Source of the DNA: the human T2T-CHM13v2.0 reference genome, Homo sapiens
Assembly: GCF_009914755.1 (NCBI RefSeq)
Contig: NC_060937.1
Strand: one strand, 5' to 3'
DNA: 64,000 bases
Shown: piece by piece, positions 1 to 15,931 of the stretch
Layout of the letters: every line of letters starts with the position of its first letter
Position numbering within the stretch: position 1 is the first letter of the stretch
Notes under the pieces: generated by a model
Database searches by the model: none
Told to the model about the DNA's origin: nothing
The model's input: only the letters and a program-made list of their open reading frames with translations
Program-made: the position numbers and the translations under genes

Positions 1-386
1 TTAGCTGAGAAGGAAAATCACCCAGGCAATGACTGAAAAATATCTGCAGAATGCTTGCTTTACCTCTTTTTTTTTGGACATATATTCTTTGACAGCAGTA
101 ACTGGTGAATTAAATGAATTTCTGACTGCATAGACATCTGTCACCAATTAAAGAGATGTCTTGGTTATCTCCTTTGTTCAGTGCAGAAAATCAACGTGGA
201 AAATGTGAGTAAAACATTTTTGTCCTAGGACATAAATGAACTCCATTGGTTATGAACATCGAATCAACTAATTTGTCCTCAAGTCTGCATTTTATTCTCC
301 ATAGACAAAGCATAAGTGAATAGACACAATTTAAACAGAATACGAATACTTCTCTTATACAGAGAAAATTTTATTAACGATATTGC

Positions 387-883
387 TGTCAGAGGCATGT
401 GAACCAGAACAACTCCACCTTGAGTAGGAGCTGGGTAAAATCAGGCTGAAACCTACTGGGCTGCATTCCCAGGTAGTTAAGATACTCTAAGTCACAGGAT
501 GAGATAGGAGGTCGGCACAAAATACAAGTCATAAAAACCTTGCTGATAAAACAGGTTGCAGTAAAGAAGCCAGCTAAAATCCACCAAAGCCAAGACAGCC
601 ACGAAAGTGACCTCTGGTTGTCCTCACTGCTACACTCCCCACCAGTGCCATGACACTTTACAAATGCCATGGCAACATCAGAAAGTTACCCTATATGATC
701 CACCTTTGTTTAGCATATCATCAAGAAATAACCATAAAAATGGGGAACCAGCAGCCCTTGGGGCTGCTCTGTCTATGGAGTAGCCATTCTTTTATTCCTT
801 TGCTTTCCTGATAAACTTGCTTTCACTTTACTTTATGGACTCGCCCTGAATTCTTTCTTGAGGGAGATCCCTTTTCTGTAGCG
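387..883 (+). mobile_element. Solo ERV1 LTR, MER41A-like, with two internal deletions
   Basis: Begins TGTCAGAGGC and ends TGTAGCG (decayed TGTAACA). The 4-bp TSD TTGC is at 383-386 and 884-887. The body follows the MER41A consensus as I recall it (CTACTGGGCTGCATTCCCAG, GGATGAGATAGGAGGTCGGCAC, GGAGTAGCCATTCTTTTATTCC). Confidence 0.9.
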
Positions 884-1805
884 TTGCCCTTCTAAAAATT
901 GACCAAGAAGTAGAAAGTAAGAAAAAAAAAAAGGAATGTTTAAATTTATGCACAAGGAGGTCCTCAGGTTTTCATTCACAGCTGAAGGAGCTATAGATTC
1001 ATTATAAAAATTTAACGTGATGTTCAATTTCATAGTTGCTTAGGAGTAATTATAAACTACACAAAGGAGGCTAGAGGGATACTGGTGCAGAGATACTGAG
1101 AGCGGCAGTGACAGCCAACATGCGAGGCTCTCATCCATGATAACGTTTTGACTCCTCAATCTAATTATTAGTTAAATATGTGTTCTTCCTCTAAGTTTTC
1201 AAGCTCACCAGGCAGGGATTCAATCTTATTTATTGCTGAATCCACAGTTTTAAAAACACTGGGCTAAAATATATTAGCTACAACAAATAAATGAAAAATG
1301 TTTTAAGATTTTTCCAATGAAGAAAATAATATTTGGAAGGTAAAGCCACAGGCTGTCATCTCTCCCTTGGTTTTGTATAATCAGAGCATCAGGGAAAGAC
1401 ATGCTGGAGTCCAAGTGGGACAGGGGGTGCCAGCTGTGTGGTTTGGAGCCAGGTTACAGTCCCGGTGTTGTAGTCCTTACAGCTGTTTGCGAATATTCTG
1501 CAGCTTCTCCAGCCTGGCACATGGGAGACGTATGCTCTTTCACTTCCTTTTAAAATATAATTTGATTTTGCTGAAGAAATGTGAACAGAGGTGCGGTGCT
1601 TCACATTTGAGAGACTGTGCATGATTACTCACATTTCCTGCCGTGGTCATCCTGGAAGCTTGGCTCAAGGTGGATCCTCCATCTGCCTAGGTCCCTGAGT
1701 GACTAGGAAGAGGAGAATGTCCCACCCCATGTACACTAAAATTAAAACTTTGTAAAGTTTTTGCCTGCTTTCTGTTCTACGATTGAAAACAATCATTTTC
1801 TCTAC

Positions 1806-2515
<710 letters not shown>

Positions 2516-2588
2516 AGTTCTCTTCCTTCTAAAGTGAAGATGCTTATAGTTCTTGCTCAATAGGTTTGTTTTGAGGCATGAATACGTA

Positions 2589-2690
2589 CATATATAATAT
2601 ATATATTTTAAATTAATATAATATTTTACACATTTATGGAGTACATGTGATACACACACACACACACACGTATATATATATATATATATA
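2589..2690. repeat. (TA)n/(CA)n microsatellites flanking a 47-bp L1-terminus copy
   Basis: Visible dinucleotide runs. See findings. Confidence 0.85.
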
Positions 2691-3072
2691 ATGTTTTGAA
2701 CAGTGCCTGGCACAAGGTAAATATTATATACATTTTGCTAATATTAGTCAACTAAAATTTATTAGATATCAGCTGTGTGCTAATATGTTAGTGCTCAGAA
2801 TTAAAAGGAAAATGGTTATAATCCACACATAATATCACTCTCCAAGAATGAGTATATTGTGGAGAGTTAGATATATTAATAGTAAATTAGAAAACCAAGA
2901 GGTAAGTAAAATAGAAGATGATGTGCAAAGAGGAAGTGTAGCACACTATGGTGATAGAATAGTTAGGATGGATATTAATATTATTTCCATTTTATGTAGA
3001 GAGAAATTAAAATTTAGAAAGATTATATATTTTTGAAGCCACTGAGTATTAAAGGAGATGCTTGAACCTAAA

Positions 3073-4027
<955 letters not shown>

Positions 4028-4339
4028 TTGAACCTAAATTTCTAACCCCAGTCTTTCCACTACATCATTCTGTTTCTAGTTATTTTTCCTCCCTTTCTTA
4101 CTCACAAATTTTTATTTATATTACAAATCAGAAAAAAATTCTGGAAGAGAAACTTCTTGCTTTAGTAATGCACCAAAGCAACCAACCTGTCTACACTTAC
4201 AACCATATATTCTGGGAACAATTCATACTCCTTTGTAACGGTAGCACCTCAATTTGACCTTTGTCTCTCTCAACTTCTCAAGTACTTTGCTTCTCAGATT
4301 TTCCCTTTTCTCCCATGCATTACTGTTTTCTCTTTTTAA

Positions 4340-4600
4340 ATTGTTCCTGTCACAACACTAACATGCTAAATTACATCCCCACCAAGTTCTCTCTGTTTTT
4401 TTTTTTTTTTTACTTCATTTTGTAGCAAAGCTTTTGAAATAATTTGTGGTCAATTTCTCCAATTTCTCACTATTTATTCTCTCTTCAGTCTGTTAAAATG
4501 AGGCTATTTCCCCACTAGTCAATGAAACTGCTTGTCAACTTTCTTTATCAGATCTATGTGGCTATATCCAACAGTCATTTTCAGTCTTTATCTCACACAA
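4340..4600 (+). mobile_element. L2 RT-region fragment, highly decayed
   Basis: Pyrimidine-rich. GCAAAGCTTTTGAAA...TGAAACTGCTTGTCAA...TCCAACAGTCATTTTCAGTC resembles the recalled L2 consensus. Confidence 0.5.
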
Positions 4601-7600
4601 CAGAGTTAAATAAAGAAATAAATGAATGAAGAGTCGAAGACCTTAGAGGCTACCAAAGGACCTGCTGATCACACAAATCTGAAATCTGTAAATCTGTATA
4701 AGTAAGAAGAACATCATCTTGATGAAGTCAATATATCTCAAAAGAGGAAGTTAGAAAAGGATCTTCCTAAGGTTTGGGAATTGGGATTAATTACAGAAGC
4801 TTTTGCAGAATGGAAACTAGTAAGTGCTGTCTAGGCATGAAAGTCAGAATTTGTAAACTCAGTGAGCTGTTGGAATAGTCAGTAGTCTTACTTTGGAGCA
4901 CATGAGATCATTCAGGGTTTGCCTCTGGTCTTATCTTGGAAAACATGAATCTGAAAGTGTGAGCTGTGGTTAAAACTGTCTGAGCTTAGATAATTTTGTT
5001 GCCTATTATGGTTTTGTGCATGTTATGGTATAGTAAGTTTTGAGAATTGTAGTATAGTTTGTTTTGCAAATTAGGGCTTCTATTTAAGTTCTCAAAATGA
5101 CTCTTGGCTCTGCTATATAAGGGACCTGGAACAGTTGATCTGGCCATTCAAGTACTTAGACAGTCCTTTAATCCTGTTTTAATTCTCATCCTGACTCTTA
5201 AACTTACTTATAATCATGTCAATCTACAAATTTACACTTCTCAGAATCAACATTTTTAGATATATCCTTGTACATATATCCTCATTGGCTTGTACAGTGC
5301 CTCTTTAATTATATAGCTAGCTTAGTATCTGAAGCAGAAGCATTACCATGACCTGGATTCATAATTGTGATCCTAATTGTGCAGGCTTCCTCTCACCTCG
5401 GCCTTCCAGCCGTTCCTAACATGCCAAAAGGAACAAGAAGACCACTGAAAATGGAAGCAAAATTAGTGTTTTCTGGTTTGTATAACTTACTCCATAGGAA
5501 AGATTTTTAGAACAACTTTAATTGTCTTATATTAGACCCATGGAAGAGTTGAAGTTGAAGATTAGAACAATGGGAGGACCTATTGGATATCGGGGCTCTG
5601 TCAGCAGGGAGCAGTGATGACTGAATACCCACCAGCAGAAAGAAAAAAATCAGAAAGGCTACTGAAAGCATATTTGCCTTTCTAATATGAATTACATACT
5701 ATATGGCTCCTTAACAAGATCACATATGTTGTAATTTAATATTTTCTTGATAATTCAAAGTTATCATATTACCAACTATTTTAATTATAATGCTATAATA
5801 CACTGAAGCCCTTAGAGTCTGGCTGAAATGTTTTTATTTTACCCCAAATAAGTAGTTTCCAAAAGTGTGACTATAATATGAAACAATATGATAATAAAAA
5901 TTTCATGAAAATATGAAATGTACCTGAGAAAATTTTAATAAAAGTGAATGTAATTTTTAAACAGACAAGTATCAGGGCTTAAAGAATTATACATGGCTTA
6001 TCTGGGAAACTTGCTTAAGTTTAAGACTTTATTAGCCAGTGGTGCCAGAGAGATGATTATTTGCTCTCTCTGAGCATTTAAATACACAATGCAGGGAAAA
6101 CCAAGATGGTCGTATTCAGTTATCAGTATATATTATGATCTATCTTGGTCAAGAGCCAGTAGGACTGTTATCACGTTCTAGTAGTTTGAGCATCATTACA
6201 CAATTCCCACAAATAGATAGCTATTATTTTAATGCTATCCTAATTGTAGTACTTGCTATAATAAGCTATGTAGGCTAAAAATATTTTCAACAAAAGTACA
6301 CATTGGATGACAATGGTAACCGCTGTATTTTAAGATTCTTTTCAATTGTTTTGTGGCTTAAGAAACATGTGGCTGGCATGTTCTTCCTTTGCCAGTGGTA
6401 AATTCTATTCACAGAAGGACAGTGAGTACTATGAAAGAAGGAGCTACCTATCTTGGGCTTTAACTTTTGCTATAGCTATGTTTTGTTTAAGTTTATATAG
6501 TTAGGCAGTGGTTCATGGCATTCTTCCCTTCTGTACCTGATGGATATATTGGTACTTCAAGTGAAATAGATTTCTTACTTTCATTTTCAACATTTAATAA
6601 GCAATCTCTGTAAGCAGCTGCACGCATTATCTTTGTACATGTTATTTACTAGCTTATTGTTAATTTAAGTTTTGTAAATATAATATTGAATTCATACTTT
6701 TCTGTGATAACCTTCTATTCTTTTCTGGGTCATATTTTTATTGCATATTAACTTGGTTATTCATGTGTTTGTTACTTACCAAATAGTTATTACCTGTAAT
6801 TAGAGAACAATATGTTTTTGACATTTGGCGTAGTGGAGTAGTCTCAAGAACTTGCAATGATCTCTTTTACTAACATCCTTTCAGAAATACAAACCTGGAT
6901 AGAATAGCACTGATTCAAAACTATAAACATCCTTGTAAATTTTAGACTTGATGGGAATAAAAATTAGCTGGCAATCTATTCTTCAGAAGTAAATTGGTCA
7001 CTGTAAGAGAAACATTATGTTATCTAGCAATAAAATAAATAATTTGAACTTGAACTGCATATTAAATTAGTGGTTTATTTAAGAAATTCTGGTGACAGAA
7101 AAAAAGTATTACATCTTGAAAATGAGTCTGCAGTTCTGTTTGTATGCAATTACAAAACAGGCTATTTTGAATCAACTTTTTTTTTTCTTACCGAAATTAA
7201 CACTCATTCTCTGTACAACCATTTGGACAACTCTGTAGTATGCCCAACACAGCGTATACTATGATAATATAAATGAACCACTTTCAGGCCTGGTTGTTAG
7301 ATGAAGAATGTCATATATTAAGGTAAAATCTTACTGGGAAGCCTCACAAGTGTCTAGAGCTAGATTTTATGTAAATATTTCTGTGTACATCAGAAACATT
7401 AGATACATTTTCTTTGAATCCACATACTCTATAGATTAAGAAAGTTCTATATTCAGCCAAAAAGTAAAACATGGGTAGTCTACCAAAACCTAAAGAAATT
7501 AAGTAGTGAAAATGAAAATCCAAGAGCAGACGTAAAAGGATGAAGTGTACACAGCCTCTCCTTCCTGTTTTATCTTCATGGAAATTCATGTCGGCGTCAG

Positions 7601-8084
7601 TTGGGAGACATTGCACAGACTCAACACCTAGTGCTTGACATTTGGCTGCAGAGCCAGTAAATACAAATGTCTTCCAACTTCCCTTAGTCCTCCTAACCCT
7701 AAATACCTCAACCACACCACTATAAAAAAATCGCGAAAACAATCTAAAGGACAAAAGAGCATTCTATCATGAAAAGGTATTTTGGATCCCTCCACTATTC
7801 GTCACTCCTACCCTTTTCCTAGAGTCAGCCAAAAGCCTGTATTTAGTAGTACTTATAAATAGCTAGCTAGAGTGCAAATTAATGCGTGCAATGTAGGGTT
7901 TGGGGTTTCTCAAAAAGAAATAATTTTTGTAAAATAATGATTTTCAATGTTTTAATCATTGTATGTGCTTTATATAATGAAGCCATTATATAAAGCAAAT
8001 GAAAGCGATATTCCATGACAGAATCAGAGATGGCATCTGCTGGGCTCCCTGAAACTATGTAAAAACCATCAGGCAGTGTGAAGG

Positions 8085-8290
8085 ACATGGCATGGTACAG
8101 AGGTGGGGAGAATGGCTAGATTCTGTGGACCTAGATTGCCTGGTTTTGAACTCCAGCTTTGCTATTTTCTAATTGTCCCTGACACCACCTAAGTTATTAA
8201 ACTTCTTATGTCTTGGTTTCCTCCTCTTTAATAGGAAGTTGTTATGAAAATTAAACGAGTTAACATTTGCAAAGCATTTAAAGTTGTTTT
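8085..8290 (+). mobile_element. MIR
   Basis: CCTGGTTTTGAACTCCAGC...AAGTTATTAAACTTCT...GTTTCCTCCTCT...GTTGTTATGAAAATTAAA core. Confidence 0.6.
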
Positions 8291-10273
8291 ATCAAAGTGA
8301 CATTTAAGAAAAAGTCTTTCTTAATTCATTCGTATTGTCTCTTGAAATGAGGAGTATGAACAACATAGTGGTTTTATTATCTGGGATATGGAACTTCCTA
8401 ACTAGATTGCCATTCCTAAATCTACTATACATTGGTTGATGGGATCCTAGAAAGATCATTCACCTTGGAGCTGCCAGTCCTGTATGTGTTATGTGTATAA
8501 ACGTGTATGATCGTTCCTAAGCTCAGAATGTCACACTACATTCATTTCTGAAGATTAATAAGAACTTTAAAATAACTACAAAAGTAATTATTTCTAATTT
8601 AGGACCAGTTTCTCAATCTGTTGTTTCTTGACTTTCTCTACGTATTAATTCAGTTAACACCTAAACTAATATAGATTCATACTCTATAAAAAAATCCCAA
8701 GGCATTTTCAAGGGCCTCCTGTAATCACTGTGCAATTTTCACTCAATCTGAAATAGAGGAAATCCGAGCAATAGTCCTTTACAGATGAAGCTGTATTTTC
8801 TACCTTCACATATGTGGTTAGAACAAGCTGTCACAAATTACACAAGATTAAAATTTAGAAAGTGATCATATTACTTGTTTTCATTAGATTCCTTCTGGTG
8901 ATAACTGGTAAGCTATTTATTTACATAAAAAATTAAAACAGCCAGGTACAGCAGTGGAGATGAAAGGGGATGGTAGCTGTCATACAAAAATGTCTACTTG
9001 TCATTACTAATTTACCTGCAGCATGCTGGAAGTTTTATTTATTCCTAGCTGACAACTTTGGTTATCTGGGGCCTATCTGTGACTTAGAATGTAGATGTTT
9101 AATTTTGACAAAAATACAGCGTATTGTGGGATATAATATTTCTGACATATAAGAGAGAAATAGGGTATTTAATAGCATTTATTTCTGGGGGAAATTACAA
9201 GTATTTGCATCGAATTGAAGAAAATGACTGCAAAACAGTGAAATCACACTGAGCTCCCGAGAGCAAAAAGCACATTCAGTCCTTGAACATTCATTACCTA
9301 CTGAGTTCAAACAGAACAGTTTTTTTCTCCAGAGCCACCTCCGTGATTGGGGTTTTAAAGGACTGTGGCACAGTAAAATGAAAAGCTGATTGGGAAAATT
9401 GCTAGTTGAGAGAATGCACGTTTTAAGGTATACTGTAGATACTGAGCTTACATAATATCATCATTACCTGTGATTATATCTGAGTATGTTTAGTTAGAAA
9501 GGTCATTTAATTTCTGAGCCATCTCAAAGGAAAAAATAACTGGCTAAAAAAATAAGATGATTAAATTGCTAAAATAATGCCAATAGCTATTCAAAACTTC
9601 ATGCTTTTATTTACTTTAATACGTGCATTCTTAGCTCAAAGGAAACATTTCCCATTTTATCCTTCTTTAAAAGATATTTCATGTTGGAAACAAGCAAGCC
9701 AACAATCCAAAAAACCCCAAATACTTCAGAAAGATACTAGGTTTTTAGTCTTATTTTATAAATAATGGTTGTTTTTCTGATTACACAGTGATATATGCTT
9801 ATTGTATAATAATTGAGACACAAGTAATTGTAGGAAAATAAAAGCAACCATTAATCTACTGCTAATATTTAAAGAAGATTCTTTTCCCCCATTTATGTGT
9901 TGTGTGTATGTACATGTGGATGCGTGTACTGGGGATATATGAGAATTAATATTCCTATAACCTTTTATTTAATATATGCTATAAAACTTTCCCACATGAT
10001 CACACACACACACATACACACACACCCTACATTCTATTATGTTTATGGATGTACTATGACTTCTTTATCCTTTTTCCAATTATGGGCATTTACATTGAAA
10101 TTTTTAAATAGGATTATGATGGATATTGATGCATAACTACCTTGTAGATCATCTGTTTCTCTAAGATAGAGTTCTAGAAGTGTGAACACACTACCAAAAT
10201 AAATAAGCATTTAAAAAGTCTCTGAATGACTTCATGCCACTTTCTAGATATGTTGATCAATTTATGCTAGCAC

Positions 10274-10570
10274 TGGGAGGGGGGATGAAGAGAGTTTGAT
10301 AAATGGGTATAAATATACAGTTAGATAGAAGACATAAGACCCTGTGTTTGATAGATCAGTAGGGTGACTATAGTTTGCAGTAATCTAGTGTATATATTAA
10401 AATAGCTAGAAGAGAACAATTCAAATGTTTCTAGCATAAAGAAAAGACAAATATTTAAGGTAATGAGCATCCCAGTTATACTGATTCAATCTTTAAAATT
10501 TATATGGATGTGTTAAATTATCATACGTACCTCAAAATATGTACAGATATAATATTATGCACCAAAAAAA
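10274..10570 (+). mobile_element. L1MA 3' end with 15-bp TSD, nested in an older antisense L1
   Basis: GGGTGACTATAG, AATAGCTAGAAGAGA L1MA 3' motifs. TSD AATTTAT(G/A)CTAGCAC at 10259-10273 and 10596-10610. Confidence 0.8.
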
Positions 10571-12126
10571 GAATTTAGAGACATTATAACTGAAAAATTT
10601 ATACTAGCACCAACAATGTGTGGTCTGTCTCTTTCTCTACATACACATATATCATAAATGCTTACAGAACATATATACATATGCATACATGTTCATGTAC
10701 ATATACAAATATATGTATATATTTTGAATTGTATTTAATGAGCTCAGATGTGAGTTTGTGTTTGTGTTTTGTGTTTGTGCATGCATTTATGTGTATATAT
10801 ATTTTATGAAAGTATTTCAGAGCTTCAGAAATATTTCTGGCATTCACCGAACATTAAATATTACACAGAAGGTTCACTGCTTTTTGATTCTGTCTAGTGT
10901 TTTAAGTTATCTGTGATTCATATTCCAGATAAACTTTCTTGTCCTTCATTAATTACAGGACAAACATATCCAGATCACAGAGGGTCTGTAGTGGTGTCAA
11001 GTTGCTTGCGGGAGGGGACGCCAGGCAAATGTTTATGCCCAGGGCTCTGTCCAGTTCTGCCATGCTATAAATAGATTCAACCAATTTAATTTGCATAATT
11101 AACTCTCCTAGCGGTCTGTAAAGGCTCTGCCAGCAAAGATTAGAGAATGACCGCCTAAGGACTATTGCTGTATCCTATTCATTTGAGCTCTCAGATCCTG
11201 TTCACTCTGAACTGAACTGCTGACCCCTAATATGAGGGCCAAATGAACATGCAGGGTTCCCTAAGAGCTCTTCAGTGCCCCAAGCTTTGGTTATCTCATG
11301 CACACCTGGAAATTGGTTGATAGGAAGTCAAGCCAGGCTGAATGGTAGAAAAAGGGTTCACACATTAGCCGGGTCAAACAGGCAAGAAATTAAATCACAA
11401 TGTCCAATAAAAGTTTTGGAAAAATATTGCCCAGGTAATTTGGAAAGGGAAAAGTGCCAGAAATTGATCTGAAAAGTATACTGTTCATGGCTGTTAACAC
11501 TGCCTTTACCATGAAAACTATAATAGTTAATTCCTGGAAGTCATTTGAGTAAGATAGATACTGAGATATATTTAAAGGCAAATAAAACATATTGTTTAGA
11601 AGATATATGCCATTATCATAATGGCATATATAAATACATACATAAATATAGACAGCAAAAAAGCAGAAAGTCAAAGCTTTCCTTCTTTAGAGAAAACTTA
11701 CTTGACTTTTTGCATTTAGTGTGTTGGGTAGAAATTACATTATATGCACAAACGGTTACTTCTTGATTTTAAAATCTTCACCTATATTTGTTATTATCTA
11801 TTATGAAAAATACTTTACCCACGTCATATCCTGAAATCATACCTCCTTCCCCCAATGACTTTTTAAACTTTACGTAGTTGTTTTTAGTCTGTTGATGATT
11901 GTCTAGAAATTTAAGAATTACCTTGATATTTATATCAGTTCAAGAACTTTAGTTCCTCATCTTCCTTCCACATAAGAAGAAACAATATATCCTTTATTTC
12001 CATCTACTTCTTTGCTCACACGTCATCACTCATCTTCTCTCATCTGTGACCCTACTTTTATGTACTCAAAATTTAGAACATTTATATTGTCTTTTTTACA
12101 TTTAAAAAAAGATGTCCTTTTTTTCC

Positions 12127-12331
12127 TGTAGTAATCACTCTCCATTGGGAGCAATTCTGATTCCCAAGTCCCCACTGCAAAGGGATATTTGGCAATGACT
12201 GGAGACATTTGAGATCGTTGCAACTAGAGTGCTAAAAACATCTAGCTGCTAGAGGCCAGGGATGCTGTCAAATATCACACTGGATATTCCCCCATTTCAA
12301 AGAATGCCGATAGTGCTAAGTTTGAGAAACC
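12127..12331 (+). mobile_element. MER20 hAT DNA-transposon remnant
   Basis: GGGATATTTGGCAATGACTGGAGACATTT...CATCTAG...TAGAGGCCAGGGATGCTG...TTGAGAAACC. Confidence 0.75.
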
Positions 12332-13592
12332 ATTTCTTCTGAAAACTGAAAACCAACAGGAGCTTTTTAAAGTAACACCAGGTAATAAGTTCTATGCTGT
12401 TCAAAGGAGGATCTTAAAACCACCAAGATTCAATAAAATTCATTTTCTTGAACTCGATCATTGAATAAAAATCATGCCACGTTGCTTGCTATTTGGACCA
12501 TATTTTCTTATACATTTTGCTATTTCTGGAATTTTTAATTGCTTATCTTTATCTCATTGAAGGAAGAAATGCATGCATTTTAAATCACAGCACTAGGATT
12601 ATGCAGCTTCTTGATAAAAGGTCAGTTTTGTACAGATTGCTTATTATGACTGCTGCACAGCTGTCATTTGGGATCTTTTTTTTTCCTCTTACTTCTCTCC
12701 AATTTGCTTAGATTTGTCATCTTCATTTCTTAGATTCCTTTTTCATTTTGCTGATACAGAGTATTGTATAATTACTTCAAGAAAAATGTATAAGAGAGAA
12801 AAATTTTGCATAGCTTTATATTTGATCGTTTAATAGATTATAGAATCCCAGTTTCGAAACTGTTTATCACAAAACTTTTGAGATAATATTTCTTTGTCAT
12901 TAAGTACCCATTGATCCCGAAAAAAGGTATCAGGTTAATCTCATTCTAATTTCTTTGGGGTCATCCCCCCCACCAGCTTCAAAACTTTTGGAGCTTCTCT
13001 TTAGCCTTGGTTGTAGTAATTAGGTTCTTTTTATATGCAACTAAAGGATGCAAGATTTAATTAACGTAAAAGGCCTTTATATGTTTCACATAAAACAAAA
13101 TATAAACATAGATGCTTCTGGGGTTGATTTGAGCGTTTGGAGCTAGCTTTTCTCAGATCCTCTAGGCTATATCCATATTCTTCCTCCTTCTCCTCTTTCT
13201 CCTCCCTCTTAGTCTTCACCCTCTTCATTCTCTTTCTCTTTCTCCTCTTCTTCCCCTCTCTCTTTCTCTTAGTCAGAAAAAAAAATATTTCCCACAGAAT
13301 CTCCTGTAGCCAACTTCTCCCTTTTCATTTAATTGGTCATAATGGGCAAACATCTTCATTCCATCATTAAACAAGTAAAAGGCTTATCTCCTGTGGTTGA
13401 AAGGTCACTGAACTTGTCTTAAGATATTGCTTCCCATTAGATATATGAACAAATTCAGATTCTTCTCAGTAAGGAGAGATAAGTAAATGACAGTGTCTAC
13501 TTCGTTCTGTTTTCAGATTTGGTAAGTAAATGGCAATGTCATACATAGTATTTTGAAATTTTATTTCAACATCATGTATCAGCTGTTTTTCA

Positions 13593-13730
13593 TTTTTTTA
13601 AATTTGTATAAATGTAAGGGGTACAAGTGCAATTTTGTTGCATATGTTGTGTAGTGGTAAAGTCTTGGTTTTTAGCATCAACATCAAACAAATAATGTAC
13701 ATTATAATCATTAAGTAAATCCTCAGTATT
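13593..13730 (-). mobile_element. Short L1 3' end (L1MA/L1PB)
   Basis: T-run followed by AAGGGGTACAAGTGCAATTTTGTT...GTAGTGGTAAAGTC. Confidence 0.65.
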
Positions 13731-15459
13731 CAATGGTTCTGTTCAGTCTAAAAAGCATATTTTTGTTTGTGTTCTACAATTAATCTCCCTATAATTTTTT
13801 GTCCTCTTTTTGTGGAAGTACTAGTAGAGAGATATTAGTCCTTTGGACTGGTTCTCTTTGCTTTTTTTTTCTCAAAATTTTTCATATCTCTTTTTTTAAC
13901 CATGTTCTAAGAAAATTCTAATCTTTTTTCTTACTTTCTTTTGATTTTTAATTATGTTGACTAATTTCAATACCATGAAGTCCCTGCATTGCTCCTTTCT
14001 CAATGTAAGTTGTTCTTATATTAGTGTAAGAGAATCTTGAGTCTGTCATAGAACACTAATAAAGATTTATTTAAGTTCTATTTTATTCCCTAAATTATCA
14101 TTGTTTGCTATAGGTTGAGTAACTTGGTCACACGCTTTCATGCTGAGAATTTTTTCCACCTCTTAGTTAATATCAAAACGGTAATCCCATGGATAGCTGT
14201 GTTTTGTTTTGCCCTTTTTCTCCTGCTCTTCCTTGCCTCTGCATGAAGAAGAAGGTACATATACCCCAAGCTCTAAGCATGAGGGTAGGGGATAACAGCC
14301 AGCAGTCACACCCCATACCACCACTAGTGCCACAGAGGAGGACCCTATTCTAGGACACCAAAACCCACTCTGAAAGATTTATCTACTTCCAAAAGACCAC
14401 TGCATTTTTGTAGAAGATTTTCTCTACTTTTGGCTGAAATCAAAAGTTGATATATGTAATGTGTATTTGTTGATTTGAGGAGTGGTTTGAAGGATGTGAC
14501 AGACAGTAGTTCAATCAGTCACTTCCATTACTACCTTACTCCCAAAACTCACTCTTTAAATAAATCTTCTGAATCTAAGGACAAGACTGGGAAAAATGAC
14601 CCCAACCTCCCCACAAGACCTCTCTCCTTATGATATCTGTGACTTTCTCCACCACAGTAATCCATAAATCATACCACAGTAGACTTCTGTCATCCTGAAA
14701 TTTATCACAATCTTTAGTTTGTTCATGTCTTCTGTGCCCATTCACATTAAAAAATAAAAACACACAATCTTGTACTTAGCTGACACTTGAATGATTATTG
14801 GGGAGACATGGAAAATAAAAACTGGTGTTTTCCTACAGTATTGGAAAGGAACTCATGGTATAGGTAACTTTATTGGCTGCACATCAAGCTGTGAGAACAG
14901 ATTATTGAATTCATAGGTTATACAATTTTGCATGGTCATGCAAGACCATTATAAACTCACAATTCTATTCCTTACTCAAATATCAAGCCCACGTCAATCC
15001 AGTCCTGGTTATATCTGCTCCTTATAGCATGATTCCATCTCCTTATGCAACTTTCTTCCTCAAATTTTCCATGTATTTATATAGGTATCCATTCATTCAT
15101 TTATGTGCCATACATGTATTGAACTGCTCACATGCACCTGTTTTTCTGTTGGACATTATTGAGTTATCCATGAATAAGGCACATCCCTGATAAACTAACA
15201 TTAACATGCAGCAAAACTGGCATGGAGAATGATTATTATATAGAGCATGACAAATGCTCTAATAAAGTTATGAACATAGTGCAGTGGGAGATGATTACCC
15301 TTCACTGGCTATTGTTCTTGTGTAAATAAGGCCACATTACTGAGGGCTTTAGTAATATTTTATTATTTAAATGTTTTCATGTTCTTAAAATGTCAGCTAG
15401 TGGAAGAGTTTTATTTTAGAAACAAATCTGCTCTGATCATTTAAAAGAAAAAATAGAGC

Positions 15460-15625
15460 AGGCAGTGTGATCCAGTGGAACAAGCTCTGAAGAGTAGAGT
15501 TCCATCATGTCACTAACTTACTACATTGCTGAGAATAAATCATTTTACTACTTTTGGCTTCAATTGCTTCATCTGTAAAATAAGGACTTTCTCTAAGTAA
15601 TCTCTAATGATCTTTTCTGGATTAG
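15460..15625 (+). mobile_element. MIR/MIR3
   Basis: GGCAGTGTGATCCAGTGGAA...CTTCATCTGTAAAATAAGG...TCTCTAATG. Confidence 0.55.
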
Positions 15626-15931
15626 TAATTTAGGGGTGGTTGTACCTTCAGCCACCTGTACAGTATCTGCCCTCCCAGATGCCCAGGTGAAAATACTTAT
15701 TCCCAGCTCCAAAAAGATGGATGTGGGATCTGGAATCCCTAGGAAAGGGCAGTTTTGGAGTACCCTTAGGCTGAGCTTCCTGACTTCATAGATGTCTTTC
15801 TTCAGCCAGAAATAGTTATAGGAATTGCCACATGCATTCTTCCATCTGGAGACCAGGACACTGGAGGCAGCAGCTTGCAGCACAAGGAGAATGGAGAAGG
15901 TCCTGAGATGCCCACACTCAGGCCCTGACAC

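Noticed and set aside
387-883. MER41 as an interferon-gamma-inducible STAT1 enhancer
   Set aside because: The tandem GAS (TTCnnnGAA) motifs belong to MER41B. This copy is the MER41A form and I see no such motifs in it.
1413-1433. CTCF-like CAGGGGGTGCCA
   Set aside because: The 5' half of the core (CCAC/CCGC) does not match, so the call is too weak.
13501-13530. Apparent 5-nt micro-exon TTTCAG/ATTTG/GTAAGT
   Set aside because: It lies in a local imperfect duplication (TAAGTAAATG.CA.TGTC twice) at the edge of decayed repeats, with no gene context.
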